DNA of 64,000 nt from Paragordius varius (lineage: Eukaryota > Animalia > Nematomorpha), in the NCBI GenBank assembly GCA_964247055.1, contig OZ176056.1, positions 8,184,001 through 8,248,000 on the forward strand. The letters run 5' to 3'. Position 1 is the stretch's first letter, and the number at the start of each line of letters is the position of its first letter. Below the pieces are notes generated by a model. The model was given only the letters and a program-made list of their open reading frames with translations. It had not been told where the DNA came from and did not search any database. The position numbers and the translations under genes were made by a program. Shown here one piece after another: positions 61,901 through 64,000 of this stretch.

Positions 61901-62490
61901 ATATATTAAATATTAACATCTTTCTTTATAAAGATAATGAAACAATTCATTTGTTTGAGCGATTGAAACCATACCTGGGTAAATTTATATAATTTTATGA
62001 TGTAAAAGATTTAGCCAGACTTGTCTTTTTTTAAAATTTGGAAAATTGCTACATTGTAAGCTGATGTGGCCTTAATTCGTTTAATTGAATCAAATTGATA
62101 ATTAAAAAAATATAAAGACATATACTGATTTTTAAATCGAAATCGTTGTCAATTAGTTTTATTTAAATTTCCTCCAAAAAACATCACAGTTTGTAAACCA
62201 TTAATTCAATTGAGAAAATTTTTACCGTTTTTTCTTAGACTTTTGATACGATCTTAAATTTTATATAAATGCCTAATAGACAATATTACCCAATACATTC
62301 CGGTCAATGCTACTCAAGGTTGTATTTATGTTTCCTTTTGATTATAAATTTTTAAGTATGTCTATTTACTAAAAAACCAAATTAATGTTGGTTTTAATCT
62401 CAATACGCGGTATTAATTCAAATATTTTATTTGCAGATCACAGACAATTGGTAGCGAATTCAACAATGACACACTCAAACAAAGAGCTTA
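51099..62490 (+). CDS. Micro-exon gene MEG-B: secreted, N-glycan-rich protein (3' end unresolved)
   Basis: Signal exon 51099-51237 (MMNFSMKYLACFTLIALTRMSFG..., donor GTGAGT). Open phase-1 symmetric exons: 51321-51344, 51425-51463, 51558-51581, 51811-51834, 51870-51911, 53677-53691, 53768-53797, 54968-54973, 55420-55473, 55554-55574, 56926-56958, 58299-58319, 59054-59071, 59142-59183, 61495-61524, 61934-61978, 62280-62318, 62437-62490. Weaker candidates: 55618-55632, 57796-57821 with 57850-57862, 58207-58236, 60781-60801, 62735-62746. Confidence 0.68.
51599..51648. repeat. (AT)n microsatellite
   Basis: About 25 perfect AT units inside a MEG-B intron. Shorter arrays lie near 34835-34861 and 58907-58934. 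Confidence 0.95.
51940..53010. mobile_element. Second, more eroded copy of the CACTG foldback element
   Basis: Begins ACTGTGTGCAAAA...TTTCATGAGATAGCTTATGA and is colinear with 6157-7325. Lies in a MEG-B intron. Confidence 0.7.
54411..54669. mobile_element. TA-flanked 21-bp-array MITE, shorter copy
   Basis: TA-CCATTTACAGTTC ... GAATGG-TA, with GGGTGAATTTGAATT units. Confidence 0.7.
55735..56440 (-). pseudogene. Degenerate mariner transposase
   Basis: Minus-strand remnants SGRP (about 56300), GKWVRPL (about 56150; mariner WVPHEL), WDQSRMIY (about 55940; WDQKGVIY) and HGKIILLHENAS (about 55810; LLHDNA). Many stops. TIRs not identified. Confidence 0.75.
58351..58505. repeat. 155-bp imperfect foldback hairpin
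   Basis: Arm blocks GCTTATTTCACACTATA, TTTGCAACACAG and GTATGGAAAAAA are matched by exact reverse complements around a loop of about 30 nt. Confidence 0.85.
60083..60372. mobile_element. Degenerate hAT (Charlie/Buster-like) MITE
   Basis: CAGAGGTGTTCAATACACGGCCC ... AAACTCCTG termini. A similar end remnant lies near 32491-32520. Confidence 0.4.
60973..61261. mobile_element. TA-flanked 21-bp-array MITE, third copy
   Basis: TA-CCATTTAAAATTC ... GAACTGTAAATGG-TA, with AATTCACCC units. Confidence 0.7.
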
Positions 62491-64000
62491 GTAAGTTACT
62501 TTGGATAAATTTTATGTGAGAATCAATCTACCATACCAAATCAAATTTAAGTCAAAAATTATTTAAGACTTTGGCCCTACGCTTTTAAAATAATGTTGTG
62601 AATTAAGAATAGCAAAAAAATTTCATCCTTGAAAATAATTTGGATATATTTCCTTTCGATACGGTTCAATGCCTAAAATCTATTTTTGCCTTGTAAAGAT
62701 AATTAACAAAACCACAATAGTGCTGCATTCATAGGCAATCCGAGCGGTTATTAATTTAGGGTTATATAAATTTTATTATCTATTATCAAATTATATATAC
62801 AGTGAGATGTCCTTTTATGCGAAATCCCACAAATTTTATATATGCAAATTAAAATATTCTGTCAACTCAACCATTTTTAATAAATATAAAACGAACATTT
62901 TAAAAGCTTTGTATATCACTTTCTAAAAAACCGTACAGTCACAGGCTAAAACTAGATATTTATACATTATATTATCAAAAATATTTTTGAAAAATGCAAA
63001 TCGAAATCAATTATATGCCTGTTTACGTGATAAGTTTCAATTATTCAATCCGAATGACTCTTAATAAATCATGTTTACATTCTTGGCAAAATTTGTAAAA
63101 AATGTTTTGATAATTTGAAAGGAAAAAAAACAGAAAATTAATTTATTCGATCTAAATTGTTAAACTTTATAAATAACGGATATTTTACAACATTAAAACA
63201 GTAAGCAACCACAAAAAACTGTACAATACAGGGATATCTTTATGACGCACTCAAATAAATTTTTACTAAATTAATTGATATTAAATTTTTGACTATTGGA
63301 TATTGTTCCCCTCCTATTATTTATAATTCGATGAAAAAATAATTTAAAATACCTCTTAAAATTAGTAAATGACCTATAAAAAATTCATGCAATAAAAATA
63401 TAAATTATACGGGCGAAACGTAAAAATATACAATTTTGATAAAAAAATATTTTTACGTTTTGTCTCTGCATAATTTCAAATTTTACTGTAAATTATTAAA
63501 TTTTTATTTAATTTTTAGATCAAATCCAAGATTTTTTACCCGATACTATACAGTCTAATGTAGAGTCTAATGTGAGGCAAGGTTGTTTCATATATTAATT
63601 TTTAATATAAAAAAAAATTACTAATTATTTAAAATTAGAACAAATCCAAAAAATAAAAAGTATAAAATATATATGATATATTCTATAAAACATTTTTGAA
63701 AGAGTTATTGATTTATATTGAACACATAAAAATGTAGAGAAATACGGATGGGTAATTTAATTCTTCTGCTTGCAAATTTATACCGTTGTATTCGATTTAT
63801 TTATATTTTTAAAGTCTAAAAACAATTATAATGATATTTTATTTAATAATAGTTTAGTAACGCCTATATAAAATATTAATTTTTTTTCGATTCTTTTTTT
63901 TTGATAAATTTTAAAATTGTGGAATTCCATTACCCTGAAAATTTTATAATTAAAATCAAATACGGAAAAAATATTTTTTATACCATTAAATATATACCAT

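Overview
Very AT-rich eukaryotic (invertebrate-like) genomic DNA, dense in MITE-type inverted repeats. The supplied ORF track misses most host coding sequence because the genes are spliced. I built the exon models by hand from GT/AG sites, phase and open frame, so weak single exons may be chance hits. Host genes: (1) a 4-exon secreted 288-aa helical protein with an Unpaired/IL-6-like C-terminal pattern (4684-5769, +); (2) a micro-exon gene, MEG-A (about 8660-21169, -), with a signal-peptide exon and about 30 tiny, almost all phase-1 symmetric exons, 16 of them exactly 21 nt, some separated by 26-41 nt introns; in its core each exon encodes one coiled-coil heptad; (3) a 6-exon 826-aa Toll-like LRR membrane protein with no TIR domain (22205-32246, -); (4) a basic orphan ORF (34279-34782, -); (5) a second micro-exon gene, MEG-B (51099 to at least 62490, +), encoding a heavily N-glycosylated secreted protein. 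Mobile elements: a Penelope/Poseidon-type retroelement with hammerhead-bearing inverted ends inside a MEG-A intron, a near full-length RTE LINE inside the LRR gene, a young Mag-type Gypsy LTR element inserted into a roughly 325-bp tandem array, a mariner fossil, and several MITE families. The two micro-exon genes are the best candidate for an undescribed system. No rRNA or CRISPR, and no intact tRNA seen.
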